Part shown: positions 10,001 through 18,634 of the stretch, in pieces
Layout: every line of letters starts with the position of its first letter
Numbering within the stretch: position 1 is the stretch's first letter
Assembly (NCBI GenBank): GCA_963782055.1
Contig: CAWAIF010000003.1
Span: forward strand, 4,544,001 to 4,608,000
DNA length: 64,000 bases
Reading direction: 5' to 3'
Source: an uncultured delta proteobacterium
GTDB taxonomy: Bacteria > Myxococcota_A > Polyangia > Polyangiales > Polyangiaceae
Made by a program: the position numbers and the translations under genes
The notes under the pieces: model-generated
The model's database searches: none
What the model saw: only the letters and a program-made list of their open reading frames with translations
Told to the model about the DNA's origin: nothing

Positions 10001-10205
10001 TGCGCAGGCGCTCGGGCGTGATGGTGTGCGCGTCGGTGGTGCGCTCCTCGACGCCGAACAGCAGGCCCAGCACCGCCCGCAGCGCGGTGCTCTTGCCCGC
10101 CTCGTTGTGACCGAAGACCACGTCCAGGCCGCCCGCCGGGCCGAAGCGCAGAAGCTTGCCCTCGAAGGGGCCGTAGGCGAGCAGGCGCAGCTCGGCGATC
10201 CTCAC
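7026..10205 (-). CDS. yhaN: YhaN-family Rad50/SMC-like ATPase
   Basis: GTG start (VRIAELRLLAYGPF), Walker A GHNEAGKST, long coiled coil, signature LSDGTRDQLYLALR, Walker B VVLDD, FTH H-loop. Confidence 0.9.
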   Translation of the reverse strand: MRIAELRLLAYGPFEGKLLRFGPAGGLDVVFGHNEAGKSTALRAVLGLLFGVEERTTDAHTITPERLRIGALLQDETGEALEVVRRKGRKNTLLTPSDQPLDPAPLERMLGGVTRAMYETTFGLDDERLRRGAEALLEGKGDLGESLYAAATGATELHALLVEKRREAEELFSPRAHTRPLNQAIKALAEAKKRVIALGTAVETYNTQVEGVRRARAEREELTRERAALDRERDRLARWRAARERLETVGEQRARLDARRVALRDAVEAIVVSEAMLAHEPQLAALAEQLGSHRKAQADLPKLEGEIVGLEGEVSAALVRVRKDMTLEEAERLRMARGAEVRTRKLAQQGAVLEEKLAGAREAEQAAERELGSAERALATAPDAPAVGPLSRLLRAQRGSDVAARVTGAREKTAGLRARARALAESLGLGADPVAAARRPVPAAEAVQEANARDEEARRADGDARKRAQDLEMALVEVDRGLAELRAEGDVPRQEELTAARDARDAILGRVRSGAKDFDALADAIARADSVADRLRHDAARAMRLVQLEEGGKEARAKLAVLGAGREAAAREAAERAAAWAVLWRPAGVEPGPPEAMRGWLQKHASLVIAVAELEAAGREETEAARARDEALERFAAALSSSPASLEEAFVAAEDAIEAAREAQQERRAAQKEQDRVTADLATKRQAREVAEAAVHTWRASWAEATAGLGLGPDALPEEVAAVVDELGRLFQEVDALEKLRRRVESIGRDADRFEKDVARLVGACAPGLAGKAAIVAAEELNALHKKWVADQAERRAKQDELKELESQLAVQREAEEAASRELRSLAGELGDGAPEDAAHAAARLERIDERLRELEDELQRKNHEIGANEQGLPQLAGESLALGAAMQAQQELARIRDLAERAACARLAAAVLAREIEGYRKRNQGPLLERAGELFAAVTLGGFGSLAVGFGEDDEPVLRAVRADGRELGVPALSDGTRDQLYLALRIASLERLAVSRAPLPVVLDDVFIRFDDPRTRAGLRALATLASRTQVLVFTHQARVVELAREAVDGVHVTALE

Positions 10206-10239
10206 GGCGAGGCCCTCGCGGCGAGCGTCGTCGAAGCCC

Positions 10240-11490
10240 TCACGCGTCGCCTTCCGCGCCGAAGAGGCGCAGGGCGATGGTCTCCTCCACCTCGCCGAGC
10301 AGCCGGCGGATCTCGGCCGGGTCGGAGAGGTCCAGGGAGTCCTCACCCTCGACGTGCGGCGGGAGCTTGCCGCGCAGCTCGCCCAGGGCCTCCTCCCCCA
10401 GGGCGAGCACCTCGGCGTCGGACGCCTCGCGCAGACCGCGGACGGCGCCGAGCAGCTCGGCGGCGAGGCCCTCCGGGATGGGCGCGGCCGGCTCCTGCGA
10501 CCGCTCCAGGACCAGACGCTCGACCCACACGCCCCCCACGTCGGTGGCCATGGCTTGCAGCTCCGCCCGCACGCGCTCCGGATCGGCGGCGGCCGCCTGG
10601 TGCGCGTGACCGCGACCGCGCAGCACGACGCGCGCGGCGACCGGCCTCCCCTCCGCGGCCTCCACCTCCGCCTCCAGCGCCTCACGCGCCGCCGCCAGCC
10701 AGTCGTCCTCGCGCATCGCGTCGGTCACCGCGACGCGACATTGCGCCCAGCGCGCCACGTCGAGCACACGATGCTGCACCGACACGACGCGCCCCGCCTC
10801 CGCCACCACCAGCGTCGCGCCCTTCGCGCCCGTCTCCCGCGCGTGCCGCCCCTGCAGGTTGCCGGGGAAGACCACCCACGGCGACTCGGAGAGCACCTCC
10901 CGCGTGTGGACGTGGCCGAGCGCCCAGTAGTCGTAGCCCTTGTCCGCGAGCGCGGCGGGGGAGCACGGCGCGTACGGCGCGTGGCCCTCCCGCCCGTCGG
11001 CGCTGGTGTGGAGCAGCCCCACGTTGATCGCGCCCGCGACCGGCGCGGGGTACGCGCGGGACAGGTCGTCGGTCACCGCCTTGGTTGGGAAGCTCTGGCC
11101 GTGGACCGCGACGCCCAGCTCGTCGTAGACCACCGTCTCCGGCTTCCTCGACGAGAGCTCCTTCACGTTCTCCGGCAGGCGCAGGTGGCGGGTGATCTGG
11201 CTTGCCGCGTCGTGGTTGCCGCGGACGATCATCACGCGCACGCCCGCCTCGCGCAGCTTGCTCATCTGCTCCGCGAAGAAGAGGCCGGTGGCGTAGTCAC
11301 GCCAGGAGCCGTCGTAGAGATCGCCGGCGACGAGGAGCAGCTCTGCGTCCTCGTCGACGCAGAGCTGCACCAGGTTCTCGAGCGCGCGGCGGGTCGCGCC
11401 GCGCAGCGCGGCCTCGGGCGCCCCCTCGTAGCGCTGCAGCCCGCGCATCGGGCTGTCCAGGTGGATGTCGGCGGCGTGGACGAAGCGCAT
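10240..11490 (-). CDS. yhaO: YhaO/Mre11/SbcD-like DNA repair exonuclease (metallophosphoesterase)
   Basis: HAADIHLD, AGDLYD, GNHD, LLH, ALGHVH and PGNLQGRH motifs; directly upstream of the Rad50-like gene. Confidence 0.93.
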   Translation of the reverse strand: MRFVHAADIHLDSPMRGLQRYEGAPEAALRGATRRALENLVQLCVDEDAELLLVAGDLYDGSWRDYATGLFFAEQMSKLREAGVRVMIVRGNHDAASQITRHLRLPENVKELSSRKPETVVYDELGVAVHGQSFPTKAVTDDLSRAYPAPVAGAINVGLLHTSADGREGHAPYAPCSPAALADKGYDYWALGHVHTREVLSESPWVVFPGNLQGRHARETGAKGATLVVAEAGRVVSVQHRVLDVARWAQCRVAVTDAMREDDWLAAAREALEAEVEAAEGRPVAARVVLRGRGHAHQAAAADPERVRAELQAMATDVGGVWVERLVLERSQEPAAPIPEGLAAELLGAVRGLREASDAEVLALGEEALGELRGKLPPHVEGEDSLDLSDPAEIRRLLGEVEETIALRLFGAEGDA

Positions 11491-11519
11491 CGACGCTCAG
11501 GGGTTGCGAAGAGCCCCTC

Positions 11520-13175
11520 TCACGGCATCGCCATGTACTTCTGCTCGTACTGCGTCGTGAGCTGACTCAGGCGGTCGAACATGGAGAAGTCCTGCATCAT
11601 CTTCTGCGACCAGTAGCCGGCGACCTGCGAGAAGTCCTGGGCGTTCATCTGGAAGTGCTTGTTGAGGCCGGCGTTGACGTCCTTGCCCTGCTTGCTCCAC
11701 GCGGCCATCGCCCCGGAGATCTCGGCGTACTTCTCGAAGCTCACCGGCTCCGCGCTGGCCATCGCCCCGCCCACCATGCCCTGCGCCGCCGCCTGGCCCG
11801 CCGCGCCGAACTTGCCCGAGCCCGCGGCGAGGAAGGCCTGGCTGTAGGCCGTCGCCACCGTGCCGGTCGTGTCCGTCGACATGCGCTCCAGCCACAGCTT
11901 GGCGACGCGGTCCCACTTCTCGCGGTCCATGCCCTGCTGCGCGAGGATCTGGTTGAACTGCTCGGGCGGCGTGCCGCCGATCTTGGCCTGGAGGCCCGCG
12001 TAGACCTCCATCGTCACGCCCTCGATGGGGGAGAGCACGTCGCCCGCCGTCTCGATGGCGAAGGCGTTGCGATCGCCCATCGCGCGCTGCATGGCGCGCT
12101 GCTGCGCGGCCATCATCTCGTTCGACCCGGCCTGCTCCGACATGTGCTCGTTGAACGTCTGCTCCACCACGCGACGGTGCGCCATGTCGCGGTAGCCGAA
12201 CTTCTGCAGGAGCTTCTGCTGCTTGTCCGGCTCGCTGTCGAAGAACTGCAGCATCATCTGGTGGTAGAAGAACTCCTCCGTCTGGTCCGGCCGCAGGGGC
12301 CCCCAGTCGCGCGCGTCGCGCGGGACCTGCACCTGCGCGGGCGCGCCGCCGTGGGCCTGCTGCCAGACGTCGTTGTGGCGCATCTCGTCGTAGAAGAACT
12401 TCACGCGGCTCTCGACGAACTTCGCCTGCTGCTCGGGGCTCGCCGGCTCGATCGCGGCCCTGGCTGCCGCGTACGACGTCCAGTAGTCCTTCTCCAGCCG
12501 CTCCCACTCCTTCAGGGAGTCCAGTGGCTGGTCGGGCCAGTCGCCCGACTGCCGGTGGATGTCGCAGCGCCTGCGCTCCCACGCGTTCTTGTGGTTCTCG
12601 ATGGCGAAGTACTTGTCCATCGTCTGCACGGCCGCGACGATGTCCGGCGCGTAGGCGAAGTACGTGGCCACGGCGGCGTCGGGCATCACCTGCACCACCG
12701 ACCGGCACGCGGGGCACGTCACCGTCGCGCTCTGCGCGCGCACGTCGGCGTGGATGGGGGCGCCGCAGCGCGAGCAGGGCACCGGCTTGCCCATCGCTTG
12801 CTGCGCGCGCGGCCACATCGCCTTGAGGTGCTCCAGCTGCCAGTGCTTCTCGTATCGCGCCCAGCTCCGCTCGATCCACGCGCGCATCTCGCGCTCCTGC
12901 GCCTGCCCCTCGTCGGTGAGGTCGTCGCCGGCGTCGGCGTCGCTCAGGCGGTCGTTGAGATCACTCCAGCGGGCGCCCAGCTTGGTGCCGAAGTCCATCA
13001 CCTGCTGGCGGATGGCGTTGAGCGCGTTGGCCAGCGGCGTGGGATCGGTGGGGTTTTGCGCGATCAGGCCCTGGCAGCCACCCTCGGCGTCCTTGAGCAT
13101 CCGCTGCACCTGCTGCACCGTCTGCTGAACCGCTTGCTGCCACTCGCCCCAGATCTGCTGCTGCGCAGGCGTCAT
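11520..13175 (-). CDS. Hypothetical protein: helical N-terminus, zinc ribbon, repeated C-terminal helical modules (DUF6620-like)
   Basis: CSRCGAP...TCPACR zinc ribbon; related C-terminal modules (PIEGVTMEVYA...W..RM; PVSFEKYAE...W..KM); strong codon bias. The DUF assignment is from recall. Confidence 0.8.
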   Translation of the reverse strand: MTPAQQQIWGEWQQAVQQTVQQVQRMLKDAEGGCQGLIAQNPTDPTPLANALNAIRQQVMDFGTKLGARWSDLNDRLSDADAGDDLTDEGQAQEREMRAWIERSWARYEKHWQLEHLKAMWPRAQQAMGKPVPCSRCGAPIHADVRAQSATVTCPACRSVVQVMPDAAVATYFAYAPDIVAAVQTMDKYFAIENHKNAWERRRCDIHRQSGDWPDQPLDSLKEWERLEKDYWTSYAAARAAIEPASPEQQAKFVESRVKFFYDEMRHNDVWQQAHGGAPAQVQVPRDARDWGPLRPDQTEEFFYHQMMLQFFDSEPDKQQKLLQKFGYRDMAHRRVVEQTFNEHMSEQAGSNEMMAAQQRAMQRAMGDRNAFAIETAGDVLSPIEGVTMEVYAGLQAKIGGTPPEQFNQILAQQGMDREKWDRVAKLWLERMSTDTTGTVATAYSQAFLAAGSGKFGAAGQAAAQGMVGGAMASAEPVSFEKYAEISGAMAAWSKQGKDVNAGLNKHFQMNAQDFSQVAGYWSQKMMQDFSMFDRLSQLTTQYEQKYMAMP

Positions 13176-13178
13176 CGT

Positions 13179-13736
13179 TCACCTCTCTCCGGCGCCCCCG
13201 GCCATCGGCCGGCGACAGAATCGACACATGAAGTCCATGGGTGCTTCCTGCGGGCCGCCACAGTGCACGCAGGTGAGCACACCGGCTCGTTCGTATTTCA
13301 TGTTCGCCCAGGGCACCTCCTTGGAGGTGCTCTCGGCGTTGGCGAAGATGGATGCCAGCCCGGGCGCGGCGGGCGCGGCGGGCGCGGGCGCGGCGGCGGG
13401 GGCCGGGCGCGGGGGGACGACGGCGGCCTCGTAGCGGGCGAGCTCGCCCTCCGGCAGGGCGTCCAGCTCGGCGGACATGGCCACGCCGGACGGCTGCGCG
13501 CGCGCCCACGCCGCGAGGGCGCGCAGCGCGACGAGGACCTCGCTCGGCACCGCACCGCGCGTCATCCCCAGGGCCGCGACGGACTGGTGTCGCTCGGTGG
13601 GCGTCATCGGGGCGAGGCCGTAGCGCGCCAGCAGGGCGTCCCAGTCGGCTCCGCCGCCCGCGGGCGCCGCCTTGGCGGTCGCGACGATGAACTGCAGGTG
13701 CCCCTGCACCTGCGCGCGCAGATCGGCGTCGTTCAC
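13179..13736 (-). CDS. Hypothetical protein with C-terminal zinc ribbon
   Basis: CVHCGGPQ...FMCRFC after a Pro/Ala linker; ends 3 nt before the next gene, with GGAG-like SD inside its 3' end. Confidence 0.75.
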   Translation of the reverse strand: MNDADLRAQVQGHLQFIVATAKAAPAGGGADWDALLARYGLAPMTPTERHQSVAALGMTRGAVPSEVLVALRALAAWARAQPSGVAMSAELDALPEGELARYEAAVVPPRPAPAAAPAPAAPAAPGLASIFANAESTSKEVPWANMKYERAGVLTCVHCGGPQEAPMDFMCRFCRRPMAGGAGER

Positions 13737-13878
13737 GGGCGAGGCATCCCTCGTCGGCAGGGACCGAGCGCGCTCGGAGGCGTTCGAGAGGGGGGCGTGC
13801 GCGCGAGCATGCGCGACAGGGTACAGCGAGCGGGCGCCCCGCCGCTAGCCTGCTCGGGCTAGCCGGGGCGGCCGGCCG

Positions 13879-15567
13879 TCACTGCTCGAAGGCGCCGATG
13901 TCCGGCGAGGCGCCCTGCGGGATGGCGGTGCCCGCGTAGTCCTCGGTGAAGGAGAGGTCCACGCCGTGATCCACCGCGGGCGACGCCGCCTTGGGCTTGA
14001 AGCCGCTCGGGTCGGTGTTGATCGACGCGAAGGGCGCCGACCACATCGGGTCGCCGTACAGGCCGTGCTTCTCGAAGCCCTGCGCCTGCATGCCGGCGAG
14101 GTTGAGCTTCTTCGCGGCGCCGCCACCGGGGCTCTCCGCCGGTCCGGAGTCCAGGATGGCGACGGCGTCGCCCTGCCCTGTGCGGAAGAAGAGGTTGTAA
14201 TCGCCGGCCGCGCCCTGCATGGAGTCCGGCGTGATCATGTAGCCGACGTCGTCGTCGTAGAAGATGTTGCCCTGGATCTGCGCGCCGCTCGACTCCTGGA
14301 TGTGGATGCCGGCGCTGCCCTGACCGTTGGCGTTGGCGATCACGTTGTCGGCGATGAGGTGGTTGCCCGCGACCTGGAAGCCGTCGCCCAGGATGCGGAT
14401 CGCGTAGTAGGAGCGCGACTGGTTGAGGATGTTGTGGTGGATCTTGAAGTTGCGGCACTCGAACTCCAGGTAGATCCACGCCGTGGAGCCGAAGGCGGAG
14501 GTGTTGTCCTCGAAGTAGTTGTCGGCGATCTCCACGTCGTCGATGGTGAGCGAGGCGTCGTCGGGGCGGGAGAAGACGAAGATGCCGTCGCGGTGCCAGG
14601 CGCTGCACACGTAGTACTGGTCGAAGTCGTGGATGGTGTTGTGCGAGATGGTCAGTCCCGCGAGGTGCGTCCCGGGCTTGCTGTCCCCCAGCGCCGCGAC
14701 GATGCCCCAGTTCATGTTGGTGATCTCGTTGCAGGCGGTGGTGCCGCCGGTCACCGAGGCGCCGTCGGCGGAGATGGAGATGCCTGCGTTGCCGCAGTCA
14801 CGCACGTGGTTGGCGTAGACGTTGGTCTGGGGGGAGTTGTTGACCGAGATGCCGGTGCCGCGCTGCGCCTCCCAGCTCGTGCCGCCGGGGTTCTTCGCGT
14901 AGTAGACGTCGTGGATGACGTTGCCGACCACCTCGTCGTGGTCGCCGCCGTCCACGCTCACCGCGGTCGAGCCCTTGGTCTTGTCGAAGTGGCGGACCTC
15001 GAGACCCTCGACGACGACGTAGGAGGCGCCCTGCACGCCGATGCCGAGGGAGCGGGTGTCCTGCCCGTCGACGATCGCGCTACCGGAGCCCCAGCCCTGC
15101 TGCGCGCCGCCCTCCAGCACGATGGGCTTGGAGGCGCTGCCGCTCGCCTTGACGACGATGGTGCCGTCGTACTCGACGCCCCCCTTGAGGAGCACCACGT
15201 CGCCGGGGGCGAGCTTGGCCGCGGCGGCGTTGCCGGTGGCGGCGGCGTCGCCCGGCGCGTGCTTCCAGGCAGCGCCCTGCGACTTGCCGTCGGCGGCGTC
15301 GCTGCCCGCGGCGAAGTCGACGTAGTAGGTCGGCGTGCGGACCGGCAGCGTGGCGAGGGTGGTGCAAGCGGGAGGCGTGGGGTGGGGGCCGGCGTCGTCG
15401 GGAGGCGGCGGGGCGACGTCGCCGCCCCCCTGCGCGTCGGAGGGGTTGCCGCCGTCGGGGGTGGTGGACGAGCCGCCGTCGTCGCCGCAGGCGGGGGCGA
15501 AGGCCACGGTGAAGAGCAGAGCCCCCGAGGCGAGGAGCCCGAGGATGGATGAGGCGCGCGCCGACAT
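13879..15567 (-). CDS. Lipoprotein with right-handed parallel beta-helix (pectin-lyase-like fold)
   Basis: Signal peptide ending APAC, YYVD..GSD..DG, PGDVVLLKGG, repeated N-x-I-x-D/N strands, C-terminal PDIGAFE. Confidence 0.85.
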   Translation of the reverse strand: MSARASSILGLLASGALLFTVAFAPACGDDGGSSTTPDGGNPSDAQGGGDVAPPPPDDAGPHPTPPACTTLATLPVRTPTYYVDFAAGSDAADGKSQGAAWKHAPGDAAATGNAAAAKLAPGDVVLLKGGVEYDGTIVVKASGSASKPIVLEGGAQQGWGSGSAIVDGQDTRSLGIGVQGASYVVVEGLEVRHFDKTKGSTAVSVDGGDHDEVVGNVIHDVYYAKNPGGTSWEAQRGTGISVNNSPQTNVYANHVRDCGNAGISISADGASVTGGTTACNEITNMNWGIVAALGDSKPGTHLAGLTISHNTIHDFDQYYVCSAWHRDGIFVFSRPDDASLTIDDVEIADNYFEDNTSAFGSTAWIYLEFECRNFKIHHNILNQSRSYYAIRILGDGFQVAGNHLIADNVIANANGQGSAGIHIQESSGAQIQGNIFYDDDVGYMITPDSMQGAAGDYNLFFRTGQGDAVAILDSGPAESPGGGAAKKLNLAGMQAQGFEKHGLYGDPMWSAPFASINTDPSGFKPKAASPAVDHGVDLSFTEDYAGTAIPQGASPDIGAFEQ

Positions 15568-15723
15568 ACGGACAGACTACGACGCCTGCCCCGCAACCAC
15601 CTCCCCGCAACCCGGCATCCTACCGGGACCGCCACGCTTGACGGGCGATCTTCCCTATAATAGAGCATCGTCCACTATACCGAATCATGTCGCGTCCAGC
15701 GACCACCGGCCAAGGAGCCCGTC

Positions 15724-16365
15724 ATGAGCGACACGCAGACCGCCCTCCCCCGCCTCAACGAGCCCGCTCCGCAGTTCTCGGCGACGTCCACGCACGGCCC
15801 CATCAAGCTCTCCGACTACAAGGGCAAGTGGGTCGTCCTCTTCTCGCACCCCGCAGATTTCACGCCCGTCTGCAGCACCGAGTTCGCCGGCTTCGCCGCC
15901 CGCCACGAGGACTTCAAGAAGCGCAACGTGCAGCTCATCGGCGTCTCCATCGACAGCGTGTACTCGCACATCGCGTGGACGCGCAGCATCGAGCAGCTGC
16001 TCGGGCAGAAGATCCAGTTCCCCGTCATCGCCGACCTCGACATGAAGGTGGCCCACGCCTACGGCATGATCCACCCCGGCGCGAGCACGACGGCGACGGT
16101 GCGGTGCGTCTTCGTCATCGACCCGAGCCAGGTCGTGCGGGCGATGATCTACTACCCGCTGACGACCGGGCGGAGCATCGACGAGATCATCCGCCTCGTG
16201 GACGCGCTGCAGCTCAACACCGAGAAGGGCGTGGCGACCCCCGCCAACTGGAACCCGGGGGACAAGGTCATCGTCCCGCCGCCCGTCACCGCCGAGTCCG
16301 CCGAGAAGCGCGGTGGCGAGGGCTTCGAGACCAAGGACTGGTACCTCTCCTTCAAGAAGGGCTGA
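15724..16365 (+). CDS. Peroxiredoxin (Prx6/TDXH-type)
   Basis: FSHPADFTPVCSTE, YYPLTTGR and TPANW motifs; AAGGAG SD upstream. Confidence 0.95.
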   Translation: MSDTQTALPRLNEPAPQFSATSTHGPIKLSDYKGKWVVLFSHPADFTPVCSTEFAGFAARHEDFKKRNVQLIGVSIDSVYSHIAWTRSIEQLLGQKIQFPVIADLDMKVAHAYGMIHPGASTTATVRCVFVIDPSQVVRAMIYYPLTTGRSIDEIIRLVDALQLNTEKGVATPANWNPGDKVIVPPPVTAESAEKRGGEGFETKDWYLSFKKG

Positions 16366-16392
16366 GGTCGAAAAGGCGGGCGTCGGCCCGCG

Positions 16393-17586
16393 CTATTCCA
16401 GCGCGCGCCGCGCCTTGCGGACCAGCGCCACCGCCTCCTCGGGGGTCTTGCCCACCGCGGAGAGGTGGCCCATCTTCCGGCCGGCGCGCGCCTCGCGCTT
16501 GCCGTATAGGTGCACCCGCACGCCGGGCAGCGCGAGCGCCCGCTCGAAGGCCGGGCCGCCCGCGCTCGACCGCGGGCGCCGCTTCCCCGGCTCCGGCGGG
16601 CTGACCCAGAGATCGCCGAGCAGGTTGTGGATGGCCACCGGCCGGATGCACTCGGTCGCGCCGAGCGGCAGATCGCACACCGCGCGCACCGCCTGCTCGA
16701 ACTGGCTCGTCAGGCACGCCACCTCGGTGCCGTGGAAGGTGTTGTGAGGCCGCGGGGCGAGCTCGTTCACCAGGAGCTTGCGGCCCTCCACCACGAACAG
16801 CTCGACGACGAGGAGGCCCACCACATCCATCGCCTCCGCGATCTCCCGCGCGATCTCCGCCGCCTGCTTTGCCAGCGGGCGGGAGATGGGCGCCGGGATG
16901 ACGCAGTACTCCAGGATGCGGTTGTCGTGGTGGTTGAGCGAGGGCGGGTACACCGCCATCTCGCCGCCCGGACGCCGCGCGACCAGCACCGAGACCTCCG
17001 CCTCGATGGCGAGCGCCTTCTCCACCACGCACGGGTGACCGCCCAGATCGTCCCACGCGGCCTCCGCCATGTCCGGCGCGGCGAGGAAGGCCTGGCCGCG
17101 GCCATCGTAGCCACCGCGCGCCGCCTTCACGTAGCAGGCGGACTTCATCTTGCGCACGGCGGCGGCGAGCTGCTTCGGCCCGCGCGCCACCGCGAACGGC
17201 CCGACCGGGAACTTGCGCCGCGCCAGCCACTGCTTCTGCGCCACGCGGTCCTGGATGATGCCGAGCACGTGCGGGCCGGGGCGCATGGGCGCGTGGCGCT
17301 CGGCCGCGTGCATGCTGGCGAGGGAGACCTTCTCGATCTCCAGCGTGACCACGTCGCACGCGGCGCCGAGGATGTCCGCCGCGCGCGCGTCCTCGAAGGA
17401 CGCGGTGATGCAGCGATCCACGACGAAGCGCGCCGCGCACGAGGCGTCGGGGTCCAGGACGTGGATGTGGTAGCCGAGCGTGCGCGCCGCCATGGCCATC
17501 ATCCGGCCGAGCTGCCCGCCGCCGAGGATCCCCAGCGTCGCGCCCGGGAGGATGGGCGGCGTCTGCCGGCTCGCGCGACGTGTCAT
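16393..17586 (-). CDS. purK: 5-(carboxyamino)imidazole ribonucleotide synthase
   Basis: LGILGGGQLGRM, GGYDGRGQ, NELAPRPHN, HLYGK and GRKMGH motifs; ATGA overlap with purE. Confidence 0.96.
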   Translation of the reverse strand: MTRRASRQTPPILPGATLGILGGGQLGRMMAMAARTLGYHIHVLDPDASCAARFVVDRCITASFEDARAADILGAACDVVTLEIEKVSLASMHAAERHAPMRPGPHVLGIIQDRVAQKQWLARRKFPVGPFAVARGPKQLAAAVRKMKSACYVKAARGGYDGRGQAFLAAPDMAEAAWDDLGGHPCVVEKALAIEAEVSVLVARRPGGEMAVYPPSLNHHDNRILEYCVIPAPISRPLAKQAAEIAREIAEAMDVVGLLVVELFVVEGRKLLVNELAPRPHNTFHGTEVACLTSQFEQAVRAVCDLPLGATECIRPVAIHNLLGDLWVSPPEPGKRRPRSSAGGPAFERALALPGVRVHLYGKREARAGRKMGHLSAVGKTPEEAVALVRKARRALE

Positions 17587-18095
17587 GGGCTCCCCGGGGG
17601 GAGCTTCTGCGCCATCACCTCCGCCCGGCGCGCCCCGCGCCACGCGCGCAGCTTCTCGCGCACCTCCGCGCGGTGCGTGCCGACGATCTCCGCCGCCAGG
17701 AGCCCGGCGTTCGCGGCGCCGGGCTTTCCCACGGCGAGCGTGCCGACCGGGACGCCCTTGGGCATCTGCAGGATGGAGAGCACCGAGTCCACGCCCTGGA
17801 GCACGGTGGCGGGGATGGGCACGCCGAGCACCGGCACGAGCGTCTTGGCGGCGACCATGCCCGGCAGGTGCGCCGCGCCCCCGGCGCCGGCCACGATGAC
17901 GAGCAGCCCGCGGCTCTCGGCCCCCTCGGCGTAGGCAAACATCTCGTCGGGCGTGCGGTGCGCGGAGACCACCCTCGCCTCGAAGGGGACGCCCAGCTCG
18001 CCGAGCACGTCGCACGCGTGGCGCATGACCTCCCAGTCGCTCTGGCTGCCCATGATCACGCCGACGAGCGGCTCTTTGCTTTGCGTTTCGACCAC
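17583..18095 (-). CDS. purE: 5-(carboxyamino)imidazole ribonucleotide mutase
   Basis: MGSQSD, SAHRTP, AGAGGAAHLPG, QMPKGVPV. Confidence 0.97.
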   Translation of the reverse strand: MVETQSKEPLVGVIMGSQSDWEVMRHACDVLGELGVPFEARVVSAHRTPDEMFAYAEGAESRGLLVIVAGAGGAAHLPGMVAAKTLVPVLGVPIPATVLQGVDSVLSILQMPKGVPVGTLAVGKPGAANAGLLAAEIVGTHRAEVREKLRAWRGARRAEVMAQKLPPGSP

Positions 18096-18143
18096 CGGCG
18101 CCTCCGGAGCACGCCACGATAGCCGATCTGACGGCGGCGGCGT

Positions 18144-18548
18144 CTACTCCTTCTTGAAGGCGATGCTCGCGGAGTTGATGCAGTAGCGCAGGCCGGTGGG
18201 CTTGGGGCCGTCGTCGAAGACGTGACCGAGGTGACCGCCGCAGCGCGCGCAGACGACCTCCGTCCGGCGCATGCCGTGGGAGGTGTCCTCGTGCTCCTCG
18301 ACCTTGGCGGCGTCCTCCGGCGCGGAGAAGCTCGGCCAGCCGCAGCCGGAGTCGAACTTGGCGTCCGACGTGAAGAGCTCGCTCCCGCACCCGGCGCAGA
18401 GGTACTCGCCCTTGTCGTGGTGGTCCCAGTACTCGCCGGTGAAGGCGCGCTCGGTCCCCTTCTCGCGGAGCACCGCGTACCGGGTGGGCGTGAGCTCGGC
18501 CTTCCATACCTCGTCCGTCTTCTCGACCTCGTAGCGCTTGCTGGTCAT
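18144..18548 (-). CDS. msrB: Peptide-methionine (R)-S-oxide reductase
   Basis: [33 protein letters not shown], two CxxC motifs. Confidence 0.97.
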   Translation of the reverse strand: MTSKRYEVEKTDEVWKAELTPTRYAVLREKGTERAFTGEYWDHHDKGEYLCAGCGSELFTSDAKFDSGCGWPSFSAPEDAAKVEEHEDTSHGMRRTEVVCARCGGHLGHVFDDGPKPTGLRYCINSASIAFKKE

Positions 18549-18634
18549 GTGGCCGAGGGTAAGGCGCGTGCCACGGCCGCGCCACCCGCCACCACCTCTG
18601 GCGCCCGCGGCTTTTGTCGCTACCATGTGGCGTG

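Noticed and set aside
15638..15661. TTGACG/TATAAT as a canonical sigma70 promoter
   Set aside because: The spacer is 12 bp rather than 16-18; kept only as a possible operator region.
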